The notes under the pieces were generated by a model. That model did not search any database. It was not told the origin of the DNA and was given only the letters and a program-made list of their open reading frames with translations. Position numbers and translations under genes: made by a program. 64,000 nt of DNA, taken from the NCBI GenBank assembly GCA_047495785.1, contig JBLDXI010000023.1, positions 1,415,937 to 1,479,936 of the forward strand, read 5' to 3'. Shown piece by piece: positions 25,584 through 37,072 of this stretch (positions are counted from its first letter, which is position 1; every line of letters starts with the position of its first letter). Source of the DNA: Lepidodermella squamata (taxonomy: Eukaryota > Animalia > Gastrotricha).

Positions 25584-28229
25584 ATGTTTCCAACCCAACT
25601 TAAAGCCGGTCAGCGGTCTTACTTGGTGAAGGTAACGGCAAGAACAATGTTCATATTGTTCAGACTCGGTTCACAGACTCGGCGACACGGCGACACTGTC
25701 GCGCACTTGTCGCGCTGTAACGGCCGAGCGACTCACATAGACAGTCACGGTTGAGGGTTGAGACTTGAGACACGCTGTCGTGCGACAAATCCATTTTGCG
25801 AAATAATACGAAATGGTAATGGAAGCAGCCAGTGTGCGAAGTAGGATCCGGGAGCTGAGATGTTTTCTAGGAACCAGCCTAAGAAACCAAAGGGTCCCCC
25901 CTTTTGTTTTTTTTAGCCTTTCTCTGGCTGGAGTCCCGTAGCTGGGGTGTTGCGACACCCCAGCACCCCTGTACTTCGCACCCTCGAAGCAGCCCTATTT
26001 TATTGCTCCTCGTCGTAGTACTTAATTTTTTCATTATAATATAAACATGCTTTTTCATTCTGCCACGGAACTTTGCCCACGCTAACAAACCAATCAGCTA
26101 ATGTAAGTCGCCTAAGTCAACAGCAACATCTCGAGGTAACCGAGCTAAATTTAAAACAGTATTAAGTCCCAATAATCCTGTGTTCTTTGTGTGCGGTTGT
26201 TTATCGGCTCTTTGAGTGAGGATTAGGATTGAAACAAATATTAGTAATTAACCGGACACTCTGATCCTTGTCGCCTTGTCGCGTCGCGAGGTCGAAAATC
26301 CCCTATTTTCAAGCTAGTTGCTGCGTCAAGCGACAACATCCATTGTTTTCGACGTCGCCAGCTGTTACGCAACGCTATTGTTAGAGCGCGCGACAGATCG
26401 CCCAAGCTGGGAACACCCTCGCGATAATAGCGCGCGACATTCTAGTTGTCGCGTCGCCACCCTGTCGTGTCGCCGAGTCTGTGAACCCACATTTACTGTT
26501 ATTTTTTACTAATCTCAACTCACTAATCTTAGTGCTTTGATTTGTTGGGAAATCGCAAGCTTCCCAAGGATACGGCTGGGTTCATAGCGAAAAAGATTGG
26601 CACATCGGTTGTGAAAGTTCAAAACTGGTTCCGCATTAGACGGAGGAAAGGAGTTGAAATGAATACTAAGAAGATTTGGCGATTTGAAGATATTCTTGGG
26701 GAAGAAAAAAACGAATTGTTAATGCTCGAAGTGAAAAATGATCCTAAACTGAGCAAGGGCAGACAGCAGATGCTGTCACGACGATTCGGCTTGACGGAAA
26801 GCCAGGTTGAACGATTCTTCTGCAAGCATCGCAACCAACGAAATGCTCGGTTGGAGTTAACATCCCAGCAAATTGAAACATTTGAGAAGGTTAAACTGAG
26901 AAGTGCTAAATCTCTAATCTGGTGATTGATTTTTACAGGAATTCAAACAGAATCCTGGCGCTTCAGAAAAAAGGTGCCGCGAAGTCGCTGAAGCTATGGG
27001 CATAACAGTTAATCAGCCCACACGTCTTGTCTTGAAACGGCGAGCTGAAGTGGGAATCCGCAGTAGAACAGCGAAATCTGAGTCCTGTCAATTCACAGAT
27101 TCTCAACTGGCTGAACTACAGGATGCATTCCAGTCAACAGTTGTGAATGGCGATAGCTTTGACTATGCTCTCTTTCAAAGATTGGCCAAGAAAACCGGAT
27201 TGAGAAGGTACGTGGTCAGGAATTGGTTTGTTACCCGGCGCAAATCTGTTGGGCTCGGAAAGAAACGACTAAATCTCGATCAAGCCAGTGTCTGCGTTTT
27301 GAATGCCGTGAGTTCACCCTTTTGAAATGGAAAGTTGACATGTTTCAGAAGTATCAATGAAATCGCTAAGGTTGTAGTAGTGGTTTTCCATTTTATCGAC
27401 TCGGATAAATCAATAATATGACAACATTTTGGCGAACTCGAGTCATTTAGTCATTTATTCCGACAAAGTGTGGAATTGTGGGATGTTTGGAAACATATTA
27501 TTGTTTCAGAAGTATTGTTCTTCAGGAGTTCGCTGAATCCAGCCGACTGGAGGGCGGCAGAGCGCTAGCGATTGCGGAAAAGTTGGGATTGACTTTTGGA
27601 CATGTTAAGAAATTTTTCGCTATGAAGCGGAAACTACTGATAACTGCGACAAATAAGCCGTCCCGTCGTCCCACACTGAAACGTGACCAGCGAAATGCCC
27701 TGACTGAGGTGAGATGAGGCCGTTTTTAAATCTATGACGTCTATCTATCTATTATCTATCATTCATTCGATTATTTTTTGTTCAGGAATTCAATGAGAAT
27801 CCAGATCTACAGGGAACTGGAATAACTCGTTTGGCTGACAGACTTGAAATCCCATTAGAATCTGTGAAACGTTTCTTCAACTGTGCTAAAGCTCGAGGTT
27901 CCGCTATAACTCGGAAAAGAAGCGCCCCGACTTGGGAGCAGCGGCTTCATCTAGAAAAGGTGATTGATCCGATAGGCTTGCGAATTAAGCGTTTTTTGCT
28001 TCATTACTGTGGTTCAATTTATTTAGGAGTTTAAAACCTGCAAATTCGTAACACACCAGCAAGCTGAGCGCCTAGCAACTTCAATTGGATATCCCAAGGC
28101 AATAAAGCTTACCCTTCCTTTCTGAGTTCCTTTTTATTTGTCTTCCTTTTTACATAGATAAAAGAGTGGTTCAGGTCGAAGCGGAAGCATGAAAAACAGA
28201 AACAGAAGGAAGAAGCATTTGGTTCTTGA
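25584..28229 (+). CDS. Copy G: intact seven-homeodomain protein gene, 7 exons, 424 aa
   Basis: Exons 25584-25631, 26533-26889, 26939-27307, 27526-27708, 27786-27959, 28027-28098, 28158-28229; all phase 0, no internal stop; helix-3 motifs VQNWFRIRR, VERFFCKHR, PTRLVLKRR, VRNWFVTRR, VKKFFAMKR, VKRFFNCAK, IKEWFRSKR. Confidence 0.85.
25668..26488. mobile_element. MITE in intron 1 of copy G
   Basis: TIR GGTTCACAGACTCGGCGACACG / CGTGTCGCCGAGTCTGTGAACC with GCGAC-rich subterminal repeats; TSD not clear. Mirror at 52679-53499. Confidence 0.75.
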
Positions 28230-28559
28230 GCATCCTGTTTCCTTTTGTTGTATAATTTGAAATCTAACAACGCAGGGCCCTAACTATTTTCTATGATTTT
28301 GGGTTTTTCAACCCGCATTGATATGACTTCAGTTTTGAACAGCACAGCATTTTCGTTCATTTTCGGTAGAGCAAATGCCTGTGAATCGTGATTTAAATAG
28401 TAGTGAACATACCTTTTTTATTTTTATGATTTGAAGCCGAGGATTCCCTACATATTCCCTCCGATTCAAAGATTCACAGTTTCAGACTGGTAGTTTGATT
28501 GTTTGTTACAGGTAATCTTTGAGATGAATTATAAATATGATGACCGATTCTATTAATTC

Positions 28560-29180
28560 AGACTTTCAATTTCTGTCAATCGATTGACTTACTCAGGAAA
28601 AGGCACATGAAATCTCAACGGAGATTGGTTCCAAGAAAGGAGAAGATCAGAGAAAATTAGATTCGCCTCATGAAAGATGTAAATGTGTTTTGATTAGGCA
28701 ATTTTTATCTTTCAAATCACTACGTTAGCAGGTGAAGAAGCATTACGTGCTATCAAAAAATGAGATATTGCCGCTTGTTTCAGAAACTGTACCAAGTTCA
28801 CATCAAGTTGGATCGGTTTATCATCGCGCTTCAACGAAAAAGAAGCATTGTTAGGTATCAGTTATCAAGCTCCGCGGAACAGGGTTGTGTTACTGCTTTT
28901 TTTATCCGAACTCTTGCAATGGTCGGCGATCGGTTTGATAGGTACTTGTGTGAAATCCCTTTTTGAAGATATTCAAACTGAACCCTTATGCAGCTTACAG
29001 TTACGGTGAACTCGCTAAGACTTTGAAATTAACTTATGGACACTCATCGCTCTAAAGCACGCCGAGCTGGGAATTCGCTCGAGGAAAACTAAGACGAAGA
29101 AGTTATTCAGATTAACACAAGCTGCAAGAGCTTCGAGAAGCCCTTCAATCATTGGCATTGAGGAGTGAGCGGTTGAACTA
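28560..29180 (+). pseudogene. Copy H: strongly decayed multi-homeodomain paralog
   Basis: Residual TGGTTCCAAGAAAGG, GAGCTGGGAATTCGCTCGAGG (ELGIRSR) and GAGCTTCGAGAAGCC segments collinear with exons 2-3; many lesions. Confidence 0.45.
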
Positions 29181-29918
29181 ACGACGCTTTGCTAATAAAA
29201 GGCACATTTTAATCTCACTTCGAAATGTTCATTGTTCATAGCTAGCTTTAACCCATATTGACCTATTCGGTCATCCTGTTTCCTCCTTCTGTCTTTTGTC
29301 TTTCTTCCTCATGTACCGGTTCCCCTTGCACGCCCCCTCTCCCCTTCTGCTGACGATAACTAATCATCCATCCTCCATGTTCTACCTAGAGCCTTTTGGT
29401 GACCTAGCGGTGACCTTTTCGCTCTCTGTGTTCTTAATTTTGCTTTAATTCCTAACGTCACTTGAATGAAAGAAATAAACCTCGAATTTAGATTAAAGAT
29501 GTTAAATACATACTCAAGTATTGCTTGTAATTTGTATTTGTTGCCCTTCAGCTTTCTGAATTCTAATGAATCTTTGCGTGGGGAGATATCCTTTCGGACG
29601 AAGCAGATCAGATGTTCATGCAAAGCTGGCAAAGCATCGGGGTTGATGCAGGGTGTATGGTTGAACTGTGACGAAGGGTAGAAACTCCGATGAAGCTCTT
29701 TGCAGAAACGTAGCTGATAATTTTAAATGGAAATGGACAGCTGTTAAACGCCGGTTCTCCCAGCTCGTTTGTCAGTTGATCAGTTGTTTTACCGAACAAG
29801 TAATGTTCGGGAATATTTGAAAATTTGCATTTTCCCTGATTTGAGTGCCCTCAATTTGAATTTTATGATTCTATAGTCATTGTGAATTTGAACTATTTAC
29901 TCATTTTGTTTCGACATA

Positions 29919-30176
29919 ATGTCGCCAACCCCACTCAATGGAGATCAGATCTCTTCCTTGATGAAGGTAACGCCAAGACTACGCTTTTAACAAGTTCTTT
30001 ATATTGTAATTACTATTTGTAAACTTCTGCTCAGTGCTTCGAATCAATACGGAATCGCGAGCGGCGAAAGATTTGAAGTCGCCTTCTTTCAAAGTTTGGC
30101 CAAGAAAACCGGTTTGAAAATGACTGTGGTAAGGAAATGGTTCTCTAACCAGCGCAAACGGCTGGCCTCGGAAAGA
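29919..30176 (+). pseudogene. Copy I: internally deleted paralog, cut by the full-length LINE
   Basis: MSPTPLNGDQISSLMK|GT; start of exon 2 fused to exon 3 (LAKKTGLKMTVVRKWFSNQRK). Mirror at 48991-49248. Confidence 0.75.
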
Positions 30177-30259
30177 TACGAATTTTCTGAGGTTTTTACA
30201 CGTATTTGTGTTTCTGCTTGCGCTACTGCAGCGGTACACTTACTTAACTACTTCTTACG

Positions 30260-31862
30260 ATGGCCGGCAATAAAGGCGGGAAGAAGAAGAAGAAGGCAGC
30301 TCCTACACTTTCCCTGTTTAAGGCTCTGAGGGGCCTGGACGCTGCTGACATCGCCAATGTGCTGAAGATGATCGCGGCGCTCAAGGCCGCAAAGGGTTGC
30401 CCGGAGACTCTCTCGGTTAGTGGCGAGGTCCACATGGACTCGGCTGACGAGAGTGGCGACGAGCCACCTACGCTCACCTATGCTGGCGCGGCCACGTCCA
30501 CGGCCTCGTCTCAGCGCCCGTCGTCGCACCCGGCGACCCCTGACTCTCGTGTTAAGCCGCCGCCTCAAGGCGCTCCTCCTGCGGGCTGCGGGTGCTGCCC
30601 CTGCTCCGTCCACTGCTGCCAACACCGGTTCTTTTCGCACTGTCATAATCGATGGAATACACGGCATTCGACGGCACGAACTTGAGCCCAAACTCTACGA
30701 GGCTGTCGCCTGGCTTCGGCCCGAAACCGTTGTTGTCATGGCTAGTGGTGGCTTGCGTATCATCTGTAAAACCCCCGCTGATGCTCAGCGCCTTCTCGAC
30801 CGCGATGGGTTCGCTCCTGAGGCCTTTCGCGGCTCCGCATTTCGCGTCCACCGCCCCGGCCAGCCAGACCCTAAGGCTGCTAAGTCCAAGCAAGCTGACA
30901 AGGACAGTCGTTCGGTGATCACTGCCCGGCTGCCTGGGTTCTATACCACCGACCAGCTTCTGAAGCACCTGACGAACGTCGTCGAAATTCGTGACATGCC
31001 AGTTCACACCCCCGGCGATGACCCGCTCCGCGTCGTCGTCCTCAAGACACAAGCGTTACGCGACGAGGCTCTCACCCTCGGCCTCGAGTTCCTGAATCGC
31101 CGTATCAAGTGCCGCCCTCTCAAGGACGGCCTCCTTCCGCCTAAGTGTATGCGCTGCGCCCGGTTTGGGCACGTCGAAGTTGACTGTGCTGCGGCAGAGA
31201 AAGACCTCCTGTGTGGTCGCTGCGCCTCGCCGAACCACAAAACCGCCCAGTGCGAAGCGCCGCGCGAATCCCTCGCCTGCGTCAACTGTCCGGACGGTGG
31301 CTCGCCTCGCCACTCCAGTCTCTGGCGCGGCTGTCCTCAGTTCAAGGCCGCTAAAGTGCAGGAGGCCGAGTCCCGTGCTGCCCGCGCCGAGGCGAGGCGT
31401 GCTGGTGTCGCTCGACAAAAGAAGGTCACGCCACCGACCGCGCCGCCTCAGCCCCCTCCGGGCCGCGTCTTCCGGGTTGCCACTCGCGATCTTGTCGGCT
31501 CCGCGCCGCCGCCCCCACCGCAACTCCCGCCTGTTAACCCTGCTATCCGTAACCAGTTCCAGACGCTCGACGGCGCTCGTTTGTTCGAAATGATGGACGC
31601 CCGCCTGAAGAAGTTCGAGGAAAAGGAGGTTGCCTACGGCCAGCGTCTTCTACGGCTGGAGAACGCCTTCGTTGAGATCACGGGCCTTGTCAAGGCGGTC
31701 GTGCATGCGCCTCCCGTTCGCGCGGCTGGTGGCCCGCCGCCCCCTGCCTCAGCTCCTCCGCCGTCTCCCGTCTCGGCCCCGCGCGGGTCGTCTCGTGGCT
31801 TGCTGTTTCATATGTCCCCGGCTGCCGCGTTGCCCCCGACCGAGCCTGGATCAACATGGTAG
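30260..31862 (+). pseudogene. LINE ORF1, gag-like with three Cys/His knuckles; frameshift near 30583
   Basis: MAGNKGGKKKKK start continues in the +1 frame as AAGAAPAP...; CMRCARFGHVEVDC, CGRCASPNHKTAQC, CVNC...H...C. Confidence 0.85.
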
Positions 31863-34719
31863 ACTGTGACTTTCTGACGCAATGGAACTGCCGTGGTGGT
31901 AATGACAAAACGTTTGAATTTTATTGTGTTATTGATGATTTTAATCCGGTTGCTTTTCTGATTAACGAGTCTTTCTTCTATTCTCTTACCTCTGTCTCCC
32001 TCGACGGGTACGCGATCTTTCGTTGTGATAGGGCACAGGACTCTGCAGAAGCCTTGCTTGGTGACGCGCATGGCGGGTCGGCGATCCTGGTTCGCGAAGG
32101 GGCGGTTGTCGTCTCCGAGCGGAAGCTGGCCTTGACTGGGGCGAAGAGAAGCGAGTGGATACGCCTCGACCTGCTGCCTGGTCGCCGTTGTGAAGCAGTA
32201 CGTGTGTTTACCGGCTACTGTCCGCCGTCGTCCCGTCTCGACCTGCGCTGGTTTGAGGAGGAGTTCGCTGAAGCTGCTCGTCTGGCTGTCCCGTGTTTCT
32301 TTGGCGGCGACCTGAACGCGAAATCACCACTGTGGGGGAAGGGCGACCTCTGAAACGCCAACGGCTTCTCCCTCCACCACGCCGCGACTCGGCTCGGTCT
32401 TACCGTCCTTCCGTCTCCGAAGCCGACTCATCTGCATCCCTCCTCCGGTTCGCTATCCACGCGCGATGTATGGGTGCTTAACGACGCTGCCATGCGCCTT
32501 CTGCGCGGCGGCGCTCACGTTGGCGATCGATATACCAGTGACCATTTCGTGACCTCAGTCGCTGTCGCCTTCCCAGTTGGCCGGCGGCTGCCTGCAGTCG
32601 ACCCTCCCGCTCCGGATCCGTTTCCGCGGTACGACGTCTCGCGCGCCGATCGTCTGGGTTTTTCCCGCACCTTGACTGCTAAGCTCCTTGCCATTCAGAT
32701 GCCAGCTCCCGGGGACCCCTTCCCACGACTTGCCGCTTATCGCCGAGAAGTCACCAGCGCTATCGCCGAGTCCCGCGACCTTCACGTGCCCGTCTGTGCG
32801 CCGGGGCAGCTGCGACGCATCGCCATGAGCCTGGAGATGCGCAGGCTTCTTCAGGAGAAGCGGGTTCTGGAACGTGCTCTGGGCAACCACGTCGACCGCG
32901 AGCTATGCGCCCGGCTCAAAGATCTCGACGCCCGGTTCCGCGCTGCGCAGCACGCTCATCTTCTCCGTCGCGACATCGCCAATCTTCGAATGGTGGAAGC
33001 GCTATCTGCCCAGCACCGTTACCGAGAAGCGTGAGAGCGCCTCCGCCGTCTCGACCGACACAGGCCGCCGCGTTCGGCTGGGCCCATGATACTGGATGAC
33101 GGCCGCGTCTTAGCGCCATCGCCTGAGCTCGCAGATGCTCTCCTGAGTCAGTTCGTCAAGCCGATGACGCCGTATGAAGACCCGGCTGCCGATGCTGCGA
33201 CCAGACAACGTTGGGCCGATATAGAGCGATTCGTTTCCACCGATCCTGATCTTCAGCGTACCGATACCCTGCAGCTACCCGGCCCGGGTGAGTTCTCCGT
33301 CAGCCAGCGCATGGTGGCTGATGCAGTCGGGCGCCTCAAGCCGTTTAAGGCGCCTGGGCTGGACGGCATCAGTCCTCTATTCTACAAATGGGGCGGGCCG
33401 CCGCTTCAGCGCCACCTTCGCCATCTGTTTAACCTCAGCCTCGGCTCCCGATGCGTTCTGCCGGAATGGAAGGAGGCTGCCGTCATCCCTGTGCCTAAAG
33501 CCGGTAAACCGCATGGCGCCGTCTCGTCTCAGCGGCCGATCTCGCTGCTCCCAGTTGACGGCAAGCTACTCGAATCGATCATCGCGCGCTGGTTGGGTGG
33601 GTTCCTGGAGGATCTCAGCCTGTTGCCTGACAACCAGTACGCGTTCCGTGCTCACCGATCCGCTCCGGACGTACCGCTGCGAATCGCGCACCGCGTCCAC
33701 CTCGGCCGGTCGCGTAATCGCAAGGTCATCGTCGTCGGCCTTGACGTACAGGCGGCGTACGATTCCGTGTGGAGTGCCGGCCTTGCCTTCAAACTCGCTG
33801 AACTGCCTCTACCTCGAAACCTGGCCGCCTGGCTTACCGATTTCCTGCGCGACCGGAAGCTTCAAGCGCGCGTCGCCGGCTTCCTCAGCCAGCAGCGGAC
33901 TGTGAACTGCGGGGTACCGCAAGGCTCGCTCCTGTCGCCCCTACTGTACATCTTGTACACTGCTGACCTTCTAACTGCGCCGACTGCCCCCGGCTGTTCC
34001 CTAGACGCCTATGCTGACGATCTCACAGTCGTCGGCGAGGGTGCGAATTTCCAGGAGGCCGAACGCTGCACCCAGGCAGAGATCGATCGCAGTGGGCCCG
34101 CGAGTGGCGCCAGAAGTTTAATGCGTCGAAAAGCGAGGCAATGCCGTTTGCCTGGCGCTCGTACCAGACCCGTCTGCACCTCGACGGCTCGACGATCCCT
34201 CAAGTTGCCGTGATTCGTGTCCTCGGCGTGCACCTTGACGCCAAGCTGACTTGGAAGTCGCACGTCGACCAGGTCATCAACCGCTGCACCCGGAACCTGT
34301 CCCACTTTCGCCGTATTGCCTGCACCCCTGGCCTCTCTCGCCGATGGCGTCGCACCGCCTACCTCAGCCTTGTCCGCTCCGCCGCCACTTACGGCAACGT
34401 CGTGTTTTGTACCGCGCCCAAGAGGCAGCTGAAGCGGCTTGATGTGTTGCAGAACGACTGTCTGCGCAGCCTGCTAAACATCCGCCGCGATGACCGGGTC
34501 CGTGTCTCGGAGCTGGAACGCCGCTGTGGCGTGAAGAGCCTGCCTGCCTTTTTCGAACAGACCCAGCGCCGTTATGCTGCGAATGCAGTCCGGTTCGTCC
34601 TCCCTCTTAGAGAAGAAGTTGAGCGACTCCGCCTCTCCGCGAACCCGGTGCCCCGTTCCCCGCTGGCCTCGATCGCCAGCAGGCTTCCTCGGGGTCCTTT
34701 GCCCACTTTCGATGTCTGA
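31856..34719 (+). pseudogene. LINE ORF2: AP endonuclease + reverse transcriptase, disrupted
   Basis: QWNCRG, INES, GGSAIL, GDLNA, SDH (APE); KAPGLDG, RPISLL, GVPQGS, YADD, LGV (RT). In-frame TGA at 32351 and 33032, frameshift near 34090. Confidence 0.92.
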
Positions 34720-35944
34720 TCTTGCCGCCTCTCCCTCTCCCTCTATCATTTGCTTTCTCTTCTCTCTTCCCTTCTTCTTCCTCCCATTCTCCCTCGCTGT
34801 GTTTACGTGCCTGTCTGCTTTCGATAAATCATCCATCACCCCGCCCACTTGTGTCCACAGCGCACTGCCGCCGGCAAGCGCATATAATCTCGCGACCCCG
34901 CGTCATTGATATCTTTACTTATTTTGTCTCCCATATCAATGAACAATAAATATTTGAATTTAGAAAAAAAAAATTGAGCACTATCACACCTTAGTCAAGG
35001 CATTTCGTTGATCATGCTTCAGTGTGCGAAGACGGGATTGCTTATTATTAACAGTTCTCAATTGTTTCCGCTTCATATAGAAAAAAGTTGTGACCTTTCC
35101 GAAAGTTAATCCCAACTTGTCCGCAATTGATCGCGCTCTGCCGTCTTCCAGTCGGCTCGAAACAGCGAATTCCTGAGACACAACATTTTAAATACATTTT
35201 AAACTATGATCAGAAGTTGAACTCACGGCATTCAGAAAGCTGATACTACTTTGAGTGAGACTTTCGTAATTCCTTACGAGGCCAGCAGATTTGCGCCGGG
35301 CTGAGAACCACTTCATGACCGCGGTTCTTTTCAACCCGGTTTTCTCGGCCAAACTTTGATAAAGGGTGACGTCAAAGCTTCCGCCCCTGGAAACTGTGGA
35401 CTGGAATGCTTCCTGCAGTTCGGCAAGTTGAGAATTCGCGATTCCAATTGTTCCAGCTCTACCGCGGATTCCCAATTGAGCTCGCCGTTCTAAAACAAGA
35501 CGCCTGGCTTGATAAAACGTTATGCCCACGGCTTTGGCCACTTCGCTCAATCTTTGCAGCGAAATGGTAGGATTCTGCTTGAATTCCTATAACGATCACT
35601 CCTAATATTAAGCAAATATCACATCTTGGTTATACCTGCTCGAATGTTTCATTCTGCTGAGATGTCAGTATGAAGCGAGCCTTTCGGTTAGTGCTATATT
35701 TGCTGAAGAATCTTTCAACCTGACCCTCGTTAAGTCCAAATTCTCGTGCCAGCAGCTCCTTTCTCGCCTTGGGCAACTTGTTATCATGTTTTACTTCCAA
35801 TTTCAACAGTTCGTACTTCTCTATCCCAATAATATCTTGAAATCGCCGACTATTCTTGGTCATCTTCACAACACTTTTTCTCTTCCTTGTGTGAAACCAG
35901 TTTTTTAAGTTTAAAAACAGATGGGCCAATCTCGATATGACGCA

Positions 35945-37072
35945 CTAAATTCTAAATTCAAACATTTATTGTTCATTGATATCATATGAACAGGGGAGAC
36001 GAAATAAGTGAAAGATCGTCGTCGGTGCGGCCAAAAGTAATATGTCCAAGAGTGATAATTTTGAGATAAATCGTAAAAACAGCTTTATTTTCGAAATTTT
36101 CAGTAAAATATGTCACCGAGCCGAATAAAGGGGTAGTTGATCACGGCGGATCGAATGGCGCCGGCCATTTCTACCGGTGATGCACCGTTTTTGCGCCATT
36201 GAGACATTCGTTGGACATATTACTGTTTTGTACTTTTTTTGTTATTTTGTTATGGGGTTTTAACATAGGGTGGTTCGATTCCTCGTGCGTGCATCCACTT
36301 TTTTGGCGATTTTATTTTTAAGCGCGAAGAAAGAGCATTATTTTTTACTTGGCATCAACATCGCGCTGCTGTGGTTCGATTCCTCCCGCAAGCATATATT
36401 TTTTCGGCGATTTTTACGCCACCATTTTGCTCGCGATTGAGTGATTTTTTGCTGGACTTATTATTTTTGGTGCCCTTTTCGAACTCGTGCCATGGACATA
36501 TTACTGTTGATTCTGCCGACAAATTGACCTGGTAAAATAGTCACGAAAGTGGACATATTACTTTTGATCCCTGGCGAATTTTGAGATGCGGTTTTCAGAA
36601 TAATGACCGGCGTTAAATTCCGAGTTCGGAACTGTAAAAATCTCATTTTCGATTTTGGATGGACATATTACTTTTGGCCGCACCGACGACGAGATATCAA
36701 TGACGCGGGGTCACAAGATTATATGCGCTTGCCGGCGGCAGTGCGCTGTGGACACAAGTGGGCGGGGTGATGGATGATTTATCGAAAGCAGACAGGCACG
36801 TAAACAAAGCGAGGGAGAATGGGAGGAAGAAGAAGGGAAGAGAGAAGAGAAAGCAAAGGATAGAGGGAGAGGGAGAGGCGGCAAGATCAGACATCGAAAG
36901 TGGGCAAAGGACCCCGAGGAAGCCTGCTGGCGATCGAGGCCAGCGGGGAACGGGGCACCGGGTTCGCGGAGAGGCGGAGTCGCTCAACTTCTTCTCTAAG
37001 AGGGAGGACGAACCGGACTGCATTCGCGGCATAACGGCGCTGGGTCTGTTGGAAGAAGGCAGGCAGGCTCTA
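35945..37072 (-). mobile_element. Short 5'-truncated LINE family-1 insertion with TSD, itself interrupted by a MITE
   Basis: 3' end of ORF2, 3'UTR and GAATTTAGAATTTAG tail; 6-bp TSD (plus strand GACGCA at 35939-35944 and 37073-37078). Confidence 0.88.
36017..36691. mobile_element. MITE with perfect 32-bp TIRs and 4-bp TSD (possibly Sola-like)
   Basis: TIR CGTCGTCGGTGCGGCCAAAAGTAATATGTCCA; AGAT on both sides; internal GGACATATTACT repeats. Confidence 0.85.

Larger units (their letters stand above)
15167..34965 (+). repeat. Left arm of giant inverted duplication (>=19.8 kb)
   Basis: ORFs from 15639 to ~32500 all have an identical opposite-strand twin with coordinates summing to 79167; offset becomes 79168 after a 1-nt indel near 34045. 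Confidence 0.97.
30177..34965 (+). mobile_element. Full-length LINE family 1 (Jockey/I-group-like architecture), defective
   Basis: Short 5'UTR, zinc-knuckle ORF1, APE-RT ORF2, no RNase H seen, 3'UTR, AATAAA + GAATTTAG tail. Confidence 0.92.

Noticed and set aside
25584-28229. Assignment to Hox, DUX, ZHX or another named homeobox gene
   Set aside because: No diagnostic residues or companion domains; no gene symbol can be justified without a search.
32351-33034. Variant genetic code with TGA as sense
   Set aside because: Host genes and ORF2 end in TGA; the second TGA is TGG in the other copy, so it is a mutation.
30244-34949. Many overlapping alternative-frame and antisense ORFs in the LINEs (also in the mirror and truncated copies)
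   Set aside because: Expected from GC-rich, stop-poor DNA; no motifs beyond ORF1 and ORF2.
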